Part shown: piece by piece, positions 37,241 through 46,930 of the stretch
Numbering within the stretch: position 1 is the first letter of the stretch
Layout: each line of letters opens with the position of its first letter
NCBI GenBank assembly: GCA_019347945.1
Contig: JAHWKK010000001.1
Coordinates: 67,299 to 131,298, forward strand
Source of the DNA: Acidobacteriota bacterium
Lineage (GTDB): Bacteria > Acidobacteriota > Thermoanaerobaculia > Gp7-AA8 > JAHWKK01
Direction: 5' to 3'
DNA length: 64,000 nucleotides
Notes under the pieces: model-generated
Told to the model about the DNA's origin: nothing
Seen by the model: only the letters and a program-made list of their open reading frames with translations
Database searches by the model: none
Program-made: the position numbers and the translations under genes

Positions 37241-39085
37241 ATGATGCGGAACGACTTCAGATTCATCACCCTCGCAGTGGGAATCATGGCCTTTGCGACG
37301 AGTGTCCTGGGGCAGGTGACCGGACCCGCAATCGGCGAATCGTGGCAGATGGCGACACAGTTTGCTGCGACGGGGGATCTCGAGCAGGCCGAGCAGAGCC
37401 TCGGCGAGGCGATGGCGATGGCTTCGCAGCTCACCATCTTGCGGATGCCCGCCTACGCAAAGGCGGCCGCCGGTCTGGCAATCGAGTCGGAGATGGCCGG
37501 GAGCAGCGACATCGCGGACTGGGCGATCGACGCCGCCTATCGGCTCGATCCGGAGAGCCCGGATGTCGCTTTCGCACATGCGGATCTTCTGCGGATCAGG
37601 TCCGGCCTTGGCGGAGCAATTTCGCCCCTCTCGAGAGGAATCTCGTCGGTTTTCGGCTCCCGCACGGCGTCGACGATCGCGCGCAGCGATTTCCTGGTCT
37701 CGCTCGCGGTCGCGATCCTGCTGATCGGCGCAGGCTTTGGCGTCTCCATGGTCACGCGATACGGTCGCTCGATCATGCACGACTGGCGCGAGAGCCTCTC
37801 GGGCAGAGTCAGCGCCGGTACTGCGACGATCCTGGCATTCGCCCTTCTGTTTCTTCCAGTATTTCTCTGGCTGAATCCCCTCTGGCTGATCCCGTGGTGG
37901 TTCCTGATCTCGATGTCCTACGCCGGAAGGATGGAGAGGATCGCAATCGTCATCGTCCTGATCGGCATCGGGCTCACCCCGCTGTTGATGGCCTGGTCGG
38001 CTTACAAAATCGTCGAATCGCGAAATCCCGTCGTCCGGGCGGTCGAAGCGACCTACGAAGACATCTGGGATCCGGAGATCATGAAAGCCGCTTCCGAGCT
38101 CACGCAGTCGCTGCCGGACGAGGCGCGGATTCAGGTGCTCGCGGGCGACCTCGCGCTGATTGCCGGCGCCGAGAACCAGGCAATGATTCATTTTCAGAGA
38201 GCTGTCGAGCTCGACGATACCCATGCAGGGGCCCATCTCAATATCGGGAACATCCATTTTCTTCATCAGGACTTTCCGGCGGCGACGTTTCGATACGAGC
38301 GTGCGGCCGAGCTCGATCCAGGAATGGCCATTGCGTTTCTCAACAACTCCATCGTGGCTGGTGAGACGTTCCAGTTCGAAAGGCAGTCCGAGCAGATTGC
38401 ACTGGCGAGGGCCGCGAACCGGGAAGTTGCAGACCGGCTGAGGAATCCCAAGCGGAAGGTCTTTCTCTACAGGATTCCGTGGGAAGAGGTTGATGAGCTG
38501 GTCGCTCACGCGCGCGCATCCGACAATCCTCTGTTCGGGAGCTATGCGAGACTCGATGTCACGGCTGCACTGCTGCACCCGGTGGCGCTCGGATCGGCGG
38601 CAGTCCTCGCCATCGGATTGCTCCTCGGGGTGATGCGGAACCGGAAAGGTCTGGCGGGTCAGTGCGTCAAGTGCGGACGGACCTTCTGTTCAAGGTGCAA
38701 GTCCTCCCGCGAAAGCGCGACGTATTGTACCCAGTGCATTCACATTTACATCAAGCGTGACGGAGTCATCGCGGACGCAAAGCGCCGCAAGATGGACGAG
38801 ATCATGAAGTACCATCGCGGCACGGTACGGACGAAAAGCCTGATGTCGGCTTTCATACCCGGATCGGCTTCCGTGGTGGGAGGGCGGCCGTTCCGAGGGC
38901 TGCTTCCGATGTTCCTCTTTGCGCTCGCGGTGGCAATCGCTTTTCTGACTGGAAGGCTCGCCCCGATCGCGACACCCGCAGAAACGATGCAGCAGGTCAT
39001 GCGCTACGCTTTCATTGCTCTCGCGGCCATCGTCTGGCTCGTCGCATTCATCCCGGCGCTTCGCGCGAAAGTGCAGGCAGGCTGA
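37241..39085 (+). CDS. Multi-TM TPR protein with a Cys-rich (Zn-finger-like) segment
   Basis: Signal peptide, TPR-like repeats (FQRAVELD...AHLNIGNIHF...YERAAELDP), CVKCGRTFCSRC...YCTQC. Confidence 0.75.
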   Translation: MMRNDFRFITLAVGIMAFATSVLGQVTGPAIGESWQMATQFAATGDLEQAEQSLGEAMAMASQLTILRMPAYAKAAAGLAIESEMAGSSDIADWAIDAAYRLDPESPDVAFAHADLLRIRSGLGGAISPLSRGISSVFGSRTASTIARSDFLVSLAVAILLIGAGFGVSMVTRYGRSIMHDWRESLSGRVSAGTATILAFALLFLPVFLWLNPLWLIPWWFLISMSYAGRMERIAIVIVLIGIGLTPLLMAWSAYKIVESRNPVVRAVEATYEDIWDPEIMKAASELTQSLPDEARIQVLAGDLALIAGAENQAMIHFQRAVELDDTHAGAHLNIGNIHFLHQDFPAATFRYERAAELDPGMAIAFLNNSIVAGETFQFERQSEQIALARAANREVADRLRNPKRKVFLYRIPWEEVDELVAHARASDNPLFGSYARLDVTAALLHPVALGSAAVLAIGLLLGVMRNRKGLAGQCVKCGRTFCSRCKSSRESATYCTQCIHIYIKRDGVIADAKRRKMDEIMKYHRGTVRTKSLMSAFIPGSASVVGGRPFRGLLPMFLFALAVAIAFLTGRLAPIATPAETMQQVMRYAFIALAAIVWLVAFIPALRAKVQAG

Positions 39086-40365
39086 TGGCGCTCGAGGGAA
39101 CACTCAAGGATTTCAGTCTCGCCGATATCTTTCAGCTGATCGGCCTTCAGCGGAAGACCGGTGTGCTGCGGCTGACTGGAAGCAGTGACGCGGTCACCGT
39201 GACGTTTCTCGACGGTCAGGTCGTTGCCGCCGATTCGGAGAACAAGCGTATCGAAAACCGCCTTGGCCACGTGCTGGTCAAGAAGGGCAACATTACCGCC
39301 GAGCAGCTCAACCGCGCGCTGGAAATCCAGAAGGAAACTCTCCAGCGGCTCGGCTTCATTCTCGTCAACAACAACTTCATTTCGCGCGACCAGCTTCGAG
39401 AGGCTCTGCAGATGCAGATCCTCGGTACGATCTATCGCCTCTTTCGCTGGCAGGACGGCGAATACCACTTCTCGCAGGAGTCGACCATCGAGTACGACCG
39501 CGAGAACGTCCTGCCGATAACAGCCGAATCGATTCTGATGGAAGGCGCGAGGATGATCGACGAATGGCCGATCATCGAAAAGCGCATCCGCTCGTACGAC
39601 ATGGTGTTCCGCAAGAAGCCGGTCGACCAGCAGATCGTCGTCGTCGACGAAGAGGATGCCGACGAGCTCGATTTCGACATGGGGGATGGGCCTGCCGCGG
39701 CAAACGTGGCCGATGCGGGCGACCAGATCAGAATCACCGCGGAAGAGAAGGCAACTTACGATCTGGTGGACGGCGTTCGGAACGTCGGCGAGATCGTCGA
39801 GATGAGCCGGCTCTCCGAGTTCGACACGAACAAATACCTGTACGAGCTCCTCACCAGAGATCTCATCGAAGAGGCCCGCAAAGTCACGGAGAAGACAGGG
39901 CCGGCGAGAGAGACTGTCGGGCAGACGGCCGCCACCGAGGTCCCGACGGCGCTTTCTCTGCCCCTGATTCTCGTCGTCGCGGGGCTGGCAGCCGCATCAC
40001 TCCTGACGTTCTACAAGAACCCTGTGAACGCGATCGGCCACGAGGTCGTCGCCGAGCTCAAGAAGGCGATCTCGCTCGAGCGAATCGCGAGGCTCGGAAA
40101 CGGGATCGATGCCTGGTCGGCCATTCATGGAACGCCTCCCGATGAGCTCGAGGATCTCGTGCCGGCGTACGTTTCGGATAATCTCCTCCAGGATCCGTGG
40201 GGCCGGACCTACAGCTACCTGTCGAAATCGGCTCCCGTCAGTCAATACATCATCAGCGGCTCCGACGGGGACAACAATACCGATACCGATCTGTTTCTTG
40301 CACGCAATCTGGACGAGGCGCCGACCGAGCAGGTCCAGGCGGGCGGAATCGAGCTCGTCGATTAG
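39085..40365 (+). CDS. DUF4388 + MshEN-motif protein with TM helix and GspG-like C-terminal domain
   Basis: LEGTLKDFSLADIFQLI...KTGVL; RLGHVLVKKGNITAEQLNRALEIQ-KETLQ-RLGFILV...LREALQMQ; TM; LQDPWGRTYSY...SGSDG. Confidence 0.8.
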   Translation: MALEGTLKDFSLADIFQLIGLQRKTGVLRLTGSSDAVTVTFLDGQVVAADSENKRIENRLGHVLVKKGNITAEQLNRALEIQKETLQRLGFILVNNNFISRDQLREALQMQILGTIYRLFRWQDGEYHFSQESTIEYDRENVLPITAESILMEGARMIDEWPIIEKRIRSYDMVFRKKPVDQQIVVVDEEDADELDFDMGDGPAAANVADAGDQIRITAEEKATYDLVDGVRNVGEIVEMSRLSEFDTNKYLYELLTRDLIEEARKVTEKTGPARETVGQTAATEVPTALSLPLILVVAGLAAASLLTFYKNPVNAIGHEVVAELKKAISLERIARLGNGIDAWSAIHGTPPDELEDLVPAYVSDNLLQDPWGRTYSYLSKSAPVSQYIISGSDGDNNTDTDLFLARNLDEAPTEQVQAGGIELVD

Positions 40366-40422
40366 AAGTCCCATCCATTCGCCGCGGAGCCCAAAGCTCC
40401 GGCTGGGATATTCTTCGCCGCA

Positions 40423-42207
40423 GTGCGTATGATCGGAGCGAACTGCCGGCTGACGCGGAAACTGGCTGTCGGCATCGCCATTTTCGGGGGTGGACTGATG
40501 GCGTGCGCTTCCTCGACCCAGGATGCCGAACCTCTGACGATCGACGAGAAGATCGGTCAGCTCGTCGTGGTTGCGGCGCAGGGCTCGTTCATGAACGAGA
40601 GCTCGTCTGCGTATCAGCGGCTTCTGAGGCTCGTTCGCGACGAACACGTCGGCGGCATCATCTGGTACGGCGCGGACGTCTACGAGACGGCATGGGTCAA
40701 CGACCGCCTGCAGGCGGCGGCCTCGATTCCTCTTCTCATCAGCGCCGATCTGGAGTCCGGCCTCGGGATGAGGTTCGACCACACGACGTTCTGGCCGTGG
40801 GCGATGGCGATGGCCGCAACCGGAGACCCCGCGCTGGTCGAGATGCAGGGCCGGATCGTCGCGCGGGAAGCGAAGCTCCTCGGGATCAACCACATCCTCG
40901 CTCCCGTCGCCGACGTCAATGGCAACCCCGACAACCCGGTGATCAACGTCAGGAGTTACGGAGAGGATCCGGTCGAGGTCGGCGAGCTCGTCAGCGCGTT
41001 CATTCGAGGAGTGCAGTCGGAAGGCGTGCTCGCGACCGTCAAGCATTTCCCGGGACACGGCGACACGCGGACGGATTCGCATCGCTCGCTTCCCACCTTC
41101 GACGTCGATCGCGACAGGCTCGATCGCGTCGAGCTTCTCCCGTTCCGCGCCGCCATTCGCTCGGGTGTCGGCTCGGTGATGCTCGCTCACCTGTCGATCC
41201 CGGAAGTCGAGCCGGAGAAGCTTCCGCGCGGCCGGCGTGCCGATCCGAATCCCTACGCGGACGACGAAACCGAAGTGAATCCGAATGCGACGCTGCCGGT
41301 CTCCCTTTCCCCCGTCGTCGTCGACGGACTTCTCCGGCGGAGCCTCGGGTTCGACGGTCTGGTGATCACCGATGCGCTCGACATGGGCGGGATCAGCGAT
41401 TACTTCAACGCGGGCGAAGCCGCCGTCCGCGCGATCGAAGCGGGAGCCGACCAGGTTCTGAAGACCGCGGATACGGATCGCTCGCTCCGCGCGCTGAAGG
41501 AAGCCGTCGCGACTGGCCGCATTTCGATGGAGCGGCTCGATCGCTCAGTCGACAGGATTCTCGCCGCGAAACGCCGTGTGGAGATCCACGAGTTCACTCC
41601 GGCCGAGATCTTCCGGGAGGTCGATCGGCCTGAGAACCGGAAGTTTGCGCAGGAGGCCGCCGAGAAAGCGATCACTCTCGTCCGGATGAGCGAGGCGCAC
41701 CTTCCTCTGCGGCCGGAACTGCGAATCGTCCAGGTCACGGTTGGCGACTTCCGCGACGAGCCGGGAGTGCTTTCGACGTTTTCGAGGGCGCTCGACGAGC
41801 GCGTTTCGAGCCCGGTCCGACGTTTCCGCCTCGACCGGACGTCCTCGACTGCCGACACCGACGAGGTGATCGCTGCCGCGGCCGTAGCGGACCTGGTTCT
41901 TTTTACATTCACCGTGCGGACCCGCTCCGGCCAGGGATCGGTGGCGGTTCCGGCTCCCGCTCGCAAGCTCATCGCGACCCTCGCCGGCCGCGATGTCCCG
42001 ATGATTGGGATCTCGTTCGGAAATCCCTACCTCTTGCGCGAGATCCCGGAGCTCGGGACGTACGTCGCGGCTTACGGAGTGCAGCCTGTGATGCAGCTGG
42101 CGGCAGCCAGGGCAATCTTCGGGGAACGGCGGATCGGCGGACGACTTCCGGTCACGATCCCCGGCATCGCGCCCCGGGGGACGGGGCTGACTCTCGAGAA
42201 GCCCTGA
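40423..42207 (+). CDS. GH3 glycoside hydrolase (beta-N-acetylglucosaminidase, NagZ-like) lipoprotein
   Basis: EKIGQL, ADLESG, KHFPGHGDTRTDSH, ITDALDM; C-terminal GH3 domain. Confidence 0.93.
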   Translation: MRMIGANCRLTRKLAVGIAIFGGGLMACASSTQDAEPLTIDEKIGQLVVVAAQGSFMNESSSAYQRLLRLVRDEHVGGIIWYGADVYETAWVNDRLQAAASIPLLISADLESGLGMRFDHTTFWPWAMAMAATGDPALVEMQGRIVAREAKLLGINHILAPVADVNGNPDNPVINVRSYGEDPVEVGELVSAFIRGVQSEGVLATVKHFPGHGDTRTDSHRSLPTFDVDRDRLDRVELLPFRAAIRSGVGSVMLAHLSIPEVEPEKLPRGRRADPNPYADDETEVNPNATLPVSLSPVVVDGLLRRSLGFDGLVITDALDMGGISDYFNAGEAAVRAIEAGADQVLKTADTDRSLRALKEAVATGRISMERLDRSVDRILAAKRRVEIHEFTPAEIFREVDRPENRKFAQEAAEKAITLVRMSEAHLPLRPELRIVQVTVGDFRDEPGVLSTFSRALDERVSSPVRRFRLDRTSSTADTDEVIAAAAVADLVLFTFTVRTRSGQGSVAVPAPARKLIATLAGRDVPMIGISFGNPYLLREIPELGTYVAAYGVQPVMQLAAARAIFGERRIGGRLPVTIPGIAPRGTGLTLEKP

Positions 42208-42289
42208 GATCGACGGTGGCCAGCGCCGGCAGCTGCGCCGAAGAAGACTTGCCCTCTCCGTCTGTGACACGAATAATGTCCCGATCATC

Positions 42290-43084
42290 ATGGATGCCGG
42301 AGGAGATATGTCGGTCGACTCGCGCGAAGGGCGGCGTTATCAGGTAGAGCTTCAGCACGGAGTAGAGGAATTTGATTTTCGGCAACTGCGCGATCTGATC
42401 CGGAGCGGGATCGTCGGCGCGACGACCTTCGTCGCGGAGGCCGGCGGCGAGGAGTGGAAGATGGCGGCGGATCATGAAGCTCTGCGTCGGTACATCGAAC
42501 TGGCCGGGGCAGCACGCGAAAGCGCGGCCGTGGCGCCTCCATCGGTGAGCGCGAAACGCCTGATCATCTACCTCGCCCTGGGCGGTCTCGTGGCGGGCGC
42601 GATCATGTCGATTCTCGCGCCGATCTGTCTCGTCATCGGGGTTTTCGCCAAGTTCGTGGTCAGCTTCGCCGCTTTCGGTGCGGTGCTCGCACTCGGTATC
42701 AATTCAGCGGTGAGAGAGGAAGATACGCGGCTGATCGGGATCACCGCCGCGTCCTTTGCTGCGGGAGGTCTCGTCGCGTGGCTGATACGCGGGACCGCTC
42801 AGTTCACGGCCATGCATTTCGCGATCATCGGGCTGATTGGCGCGGCCGGCCTTTGCTGGGGCCTCGGTTTCGGGCTCCGTCGCGCCATCCCGGTCGTGGT
42901 CGCCGCGCTGGTCTTCTTTCCGCTCGCAGTTGCGATGCTCGGGAGATTTCTTCCGGAAGGACAGATTTCTCCGATCCTGGCGCTCCTGATTCTGCCGCTA
43001 TCCATCTTCCTCCCATCGATTCCCTTCGCCTTCTTCGGCGGGATTCTGGGCGGGGTGATGGCGATGACCGAGGAGAAAGCGTAA
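42290..43084 (+). CDS. Hypothetical membrane protein with a GYF_2-like N-terminus
   Basis: QLRDLIRSGIV...TFV..GGEEWK followed by about 6 TM helices. Confidence 0.65.
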   Translation: MDAGGDMSVDSREGRRYQVELQHGVEEFDFRQLRDLIRSGIVGATTFVAEAGGEEWKMAADHEALRRYIELAGAARESAAVAPPSVSAKRLIIYLALGGLVAGAIMSILAPICLVIGVFAKFVVSFAAFGAVLALGINSAVREEDTRLIGITAASFAAGGLVAWLIRGTAQFTAMHFAIIGLIGAAGLCWGLGFGLRRAIPVVVAALVFFPLAVAMLGRFLPEGQISPILALLILPLSIFLPSIPFAFFGGILGGVMAMTEEKA

Positions 43085-43106
43085 GGAAAGTGTCCGAACA
43101 ACGCTT

Positions 43107-43502
43107 TCATCGGACGAGCGTGATCTCCGCTTCGTGACCGGATGATGCCGCGAGTCGCGCATCGCAGGTGACCAGAGTCGCGTCGAGAGTCTCCGCCAGA
43201 GCCACGTAGGCGGCGTCATATGCCGTCAGGCTTCGGCGCAGCGCCCAGATTCGTCCCAGGAACAGGTCGTGCGGGTACCGTTCAATGGAAAAGGCGCGGA
43301 AATCGCTGATTGCCTCGAATCCTCTCGCGTCGTCGAGACGCCCGTTGATCTGGTAGCGGCGAAGCACCTGAGTGACCTCGAGATCGATCAGGTGCGGCGC
43401 GTGAAGCGTCTCGTCATCAACGAAGATCAGTGATTCCACCTCCTCTGCCATGGATGTTCGCAGAAGAACTTCGAGAACCGCCGAAGCATCGATGACGATC
43501 AT
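43107..43502 (-). CDS. vapC: PIN-domain toxin (VapC)
   Basis: MIVIDASAV, APHLIDLEV, LTAYDAAYVALAE, LVTCDARL. Confidence 0.92.
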   Translation of the reverse strand: MIVIDASAVLEVLLRTSMAEEVESLIFVDDETLHAPHLIDLEVTQVLRRYQINGRLDDARGFEAISDFRAFSIERYPHDLFLGRIWALRRSLTAYDAAYVALAETLDATLVTCDARLAASSGHEAEITLVR

Positions 43503-43726
43503 CGCTCACGTTCTTCTCGAACTGCCTTCGCAGGAGAGACGTCGGTTTGAACGGTTTCTCTTGCCTGAAGGCGCGCCCGCAGATCGCTCTGGGAAGGTCG
43601 ATCTGCAGACTTTCGAATCTCCTCGAGAAGGAAATCGGAGAGTGATCTTCCATCCATGGCTGCTCTGGCCTTCAGTTTTCGATGGAGGCGATCAGGAACA
43701 TTGCGGATCTGAATCATCTTCGACAT
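43499..43726 (-). CDS. Ribbon-helix-helix antitoxin (FitA/VapB-like)
   Basis: MSKMIQIRNVPDRLHRKLKARAAMDGRSLSDFL; ATGA-coupled to the toxin. Confidence 0.9.
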   Translation of the reverse strand: MSKMIQIRNVPDRLHRKLKARAAMDGRSLSDFLLEEIRKSADRPSQSDLRARLQARETVQTDVSPAKAVREERER

Positions 43727-43732
43727 GCAGAA

Positions 43733-43761
43733 ATTATAATTGCATGTGCTGCACATGTCAC
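43733..43761 (-). promoter_or_regulatory. TA promoter with palindromic operator
   Basis: GTGACA (43761-43756), 17 nt, TATAAT (43738-43733), 6 nt, ATG; inverted repeat CATGTGC-T-GCACATG at 43743-43757. Confidence 0.85.
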
Positions 43762-43792
43762 GTCGCAACAAAAGGCACGGCCTTTCGGCCGA

Positions 43793-45685
43793 TCAGAGCT
43801 CGATCTGCGCCCCGAGCTCGACGACGCGATTCGGAGGGAGCCTGAAGAAATAAGCAGCCGGCAGCGCGTTGCGCGACATCCAGGCGAAAAGCCGCTCGCG
43901 CCAGATGGCCATGCCCGGCCGCTTCGTGGCGAGGAGGGTCTCCCTGCCGAGAAAATATGAGGTGTTCTCCGGGGCGAAGCTCACCCCTTCGAGCTGGAGG
44001 CTCGCGAGCAGTTCCGGGATGTCGGGATCTTCCATGAACCCGTAACGGGCGGTGATCGCGAAGATCCCCTGGCCGTGATCCACGATTTCCGCCCGATTCT
44101 CCGGCTCGACGTACGGGACTTCCTCGGTCTGAATCGCGAGCAGGACGACTCTCTCGTGGAGGATCTTGTTGTGCTTGATGTTGTGAAGGAGACTCGGCGG
44201 AGTGGAACCGGCGCGCCTGAACATGAAGACCGCGGTTCCCGGAACTCGCGTCAGAGGCATCTTCGCGAGAGACTGCAGGAAGAGATCGAAGGGGAGAGAA
44301 TCCTCACGGAGACGGTCGTCGAGAATTCCACGGCCGCGTTTCCATGTCGTCATCGCGACGAAACAGAGAGCTGCGACGACCAGCGGAAACCAGCCTCCCT
44401 GTGGCACCTTGTAGATGTTCGCACCCCAGAATGCGAGGTCGACGATCAGGAAAACGGCTGCCATGCCGATAACGAGCCCGCGTCTCCACTTCCAGCGCAT
44501 GGCGGCGACGACCGCGAAGAGGATCGTCGTGAGAACCATGTCGCTCGATACCGCGACGCCGTATGCAGCCGCCAGGTTACTCGAGCTCCGGAATCCGAAT
44601 ACCAAACCGATGCAGGCAACCATCAGCACCCAGTTGACGAACGGGATGTATACCTGGCCTATCTCTCTCTCCGAGGTGTGCTCGATGCGGAGCCGGGGCA
44701 TGTATCCGAGCTGGACGGCCTGCCGCGTCAGCGAAAAGGACCCGGAGATCACGGCCTGTGACGCGATCACGGTGGCGGCGGTTGCAATGATCACGAGAGG
44801 GTAGAGAGCCCACTCCGGAGCCATGTTGTAAAAGGGGTTGACCGCCGCGGCCGGATCGCGCAGGAGAAGAGCTCCCTGCCCGAAGTAGTTGATCACGAGC
44901 GCCGGAAGGACGAACGTGAACCACGTCAGCCGGATCGGGCGAGTGCCGAAATGTCCGATGTCCGCGTAGAGCGCCTCGCCACCGGTTGCGACGAGAAAGA
45001 CGGCGCCGAGGATCAGGAAGCCCTTCCATCCGTTGAGCACGAAGAACTGAAACCCGTACCAGGGATTGATTGCCGCGATGATCTCGGGATGGTGGACGAT
45101 CTGGGAGGCACCGAGGACGATCAGAGTCGTGAACCATACGAAGGTGACGGGACCGAAGATCGCGCCGATCCCCGCGGTTCCTCGTTTCTGAGCGAGAAAA
45201 AGCACGATGAGAATCGCGACTGTGATCGGAATGACCCAGGGAGTGAAGAATGGGGTGGCGACCTCGAGACCCTCGATCGCGGAAAGTACGGAGATCGCCG
45301 GGGTGATCATCCCGTCGCCGTAGAGCAGCGAGGCGCCGAAAAGTCCCATCATCACGAGGATGATTCGCCGTGTGCGCGTGGTCTGGTCCATCTTCGCGGG
45401 GCGGATCAGCGACATCAGCGCGATGATGCCTCCCTCGCCGCGGTTGTCCGCCCTGAGAACGAAGATCAGATACTTGATCGAAATGACGATGACCAGCGCC
45501 CAGAGGATCAGCGACAGAACGCCGAAGATGTTCGCCTCGGTCGTGGGAATCGCAAGCGGACCGTGGAAACACTCGCGCACCGCGTAGAGAGGACTCGTGC
45601 CGATGTCGCCGTATACGATCCCGAGGGCGCCAATCGAGAGGAGCAGCAGATATTTACCGCGCGGCTTTTCGTCTCCGTGAGCCAG
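43793..45685 (-). CDS. kup: KUP/HAK/KT potassium transporter, probable CTG start
   Basis: LGIVYGDIGTSPLYA lies upstream of the first canonical start; also ADNRGEGG, YGDGMITPAISVLSA, EALYADIGHFG; SD AGGGGA 5 nt before CTG 45685. Confidence 0.95.
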   Translation of the reverse strand: MAHGDEKPRGKYLLLLSIGALGIVYGDIGTSPLYAVRECFHGPLAIPTTEANIFGVLSLILWALVIVISIKYLIFVLRADNRGEGGIIALMSLIRPAKMDQTTRTRRIILVMMGLFGASLLYGDGMITPAISVLSAIEGLEVATPFFTPWVIPITVAILIVLFLAQKRGTAGIGAIFGPVTFVWFTTLIVLGASQIVHHPEIIAAINPWYGFQFFVLNGWKGFLILGAVFLVATGGEALYADIGHFGTRPIRLTWFTFVLPALVINYFGQGALLLRDPAAAVNPFYNMAPEWALYPLVIIATAATVIASQAVISGSFSLTRQAVQLGYMPRLRIEHTSEREIGQVYIPFVNWVLMVACIGLVFGFRSSSNLAAAYGVAVSSDMVLTTILFAVVAAMRWKWRRGLVIGMAAVFLIVDLAFWGANIYKVPQGGWFPLVVAALCFVAMTTWKRGRGILDDRLREDSLPFDLFLQSLAKMPLTRVPGTAVFMFRRAGSTPPSLLHNIKHNKILHERVVLLAIQTEEVPYVEPENRAEIVDHGQGIFAITARYGFMEDPDIPELLASLQLEGVSFAPENTSYFLGRETLLATKRPGMAIWRERLFAWMSRNALPAAYFFRLPPNRVVELGAQIEL

Positions 45686-45852
45686 AATGTTCCCCTGTCC
45701 GAAATCCCCGTCGAATGCTGTCCGGATTCGCTCTCGTCTCCGGAGCCGGTGGCCCCCGATCGGCGAGTCATCATAACAGAGAGGTTTTTTCGGTCGAGTG
45801 AGCCCGGTCGGCCCCCGAACGGTCTCAACGACGATGCTTTACCGTATCGGCT

Positions 45853-46920
45853 TCACTCCGAGACATCAGACTGGCCGCCGTCATAGACCGCGGCGATTCG
45901 ACGCGCGAGCTCGATCGGTTCACCCTCGTTGCGATTCGTCAGAACGATGACCGTCAGTCTGCGACCCGGATCTCGAAAAATCGCGGTGCGGAAGCCCCGG
46001 GTCTCGCCGGTATGCCATTGCGTTCGGTTCTCGAGACGCCAGCCGAATCCATAGCTCACACCGCTTCGATCGGTCGCCGTTGCGGGTGTGAAGGCGAGCT
46101 GCTGGAACGTCGCTCCCAGCAGGCTGCCGGTGGTGAGAGCAGCGTCCCACTTCGCGAGATCGTCAATCGACGAATAGATTCCGCCATCACCGAGCACCGC
46201 GCTGGTGAGGCTCTGATCGTCGAGCTTCCACACCTCGCCGTCGCGGCTGTAACCGTATGCACGGTCCGAAACCGTCGAGATGCCGCGCTCGAATGCCACG
46301 GAGCCGTTCATTTCGAGAGGCTGGAAGATGCGCTCACGAAGGAACGTCGCGAACGGCTTGCCGGAAACCTCCTCGACGACGAGCGCGAGAAGCGCATAGC
46401 CGGAGTTGCTGTACCGATACGCTGAGCCCGGAGGAAAGTATGTTTTCTCCACGCTCTCGAGGAGCTTCAGAACGTCGACGTCCCGGAGCTGCCGGGTGGT
46501 GTTGGCGGGAATGAGATCCTCGTAGTCGACGAGTCCGGACGTGTGCGTCAGAAGATGGTGGATCGTGACGGGCTCGACCGACGGAGGAAGTGAAGGGAGC
46601 CAGACGCGAATGCCGTCAGCGAGATCGAGTACCCCGTCCCTTGCGAGCATGAGGATCGCGGCCGCCGTGAACTGCTTGGTGACCGAGGCGAGGCGGTAGT
46701 TCGTGCCGGAGTGCGCAGCATCGCGCTTTTCGAGGTTGGCATAGCCCCAGGATTCGCGGAGAACGGGGTCGCCGTCTCGGAGTACTAGAACTGACGCGCC
46801 CGGAACTTCGCCCGAATACGCTCTCATGACGTCGTCGATTTGATGCGCCAGGTCGTCACCTCCACTCGCGCAACCGAAAAATACGAGAAACAGGGTCCAC
46901 AGCGTCGTCGATCGTCGCAC
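45853..46920 (-). CDS. Serine hydrolase (class C beta-lactamase/D-Ala-D-Ala peptidase-like) lipoprotein
   Basis: Lipobox FFGC, SVTK (SxxK), LLTHTSG, YSN, HTG. Confidence 0.9.
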   Translation of the reverse strand: MRRSTTLWTLFLVFFGCASGGDDLAHQIDDVMRAYSGEVPGASVLVLRDGDPVLRESWGYANLEKRDAAHSGTNYRLASVTKQFTAAAILMLARDGVLDLADGIRVWLPSLPPSVEPVTIHHLLTHTSGLVDYEDLIPANTTRQLRDVDVLKLLESVEKTYFPPGSAYRYSNSGYALLALVVEEVSGKPFATFLRERIFQPLEMNGSVAFERGISTVSDRAYGYSRDGEVWKLDDQSLTSAVLGDGGIYSSIDDLAKWDAALTTGSLLGATFQQLAFTPATATDRSGVSYGFGWRLENRTQWHTGETRGFRTAIFRDPGRRLTVIVLTNRNEGEPIELARRIAAVYDGGQSDVSE

Positions 46921-46930
46921 GGAAAAGATT

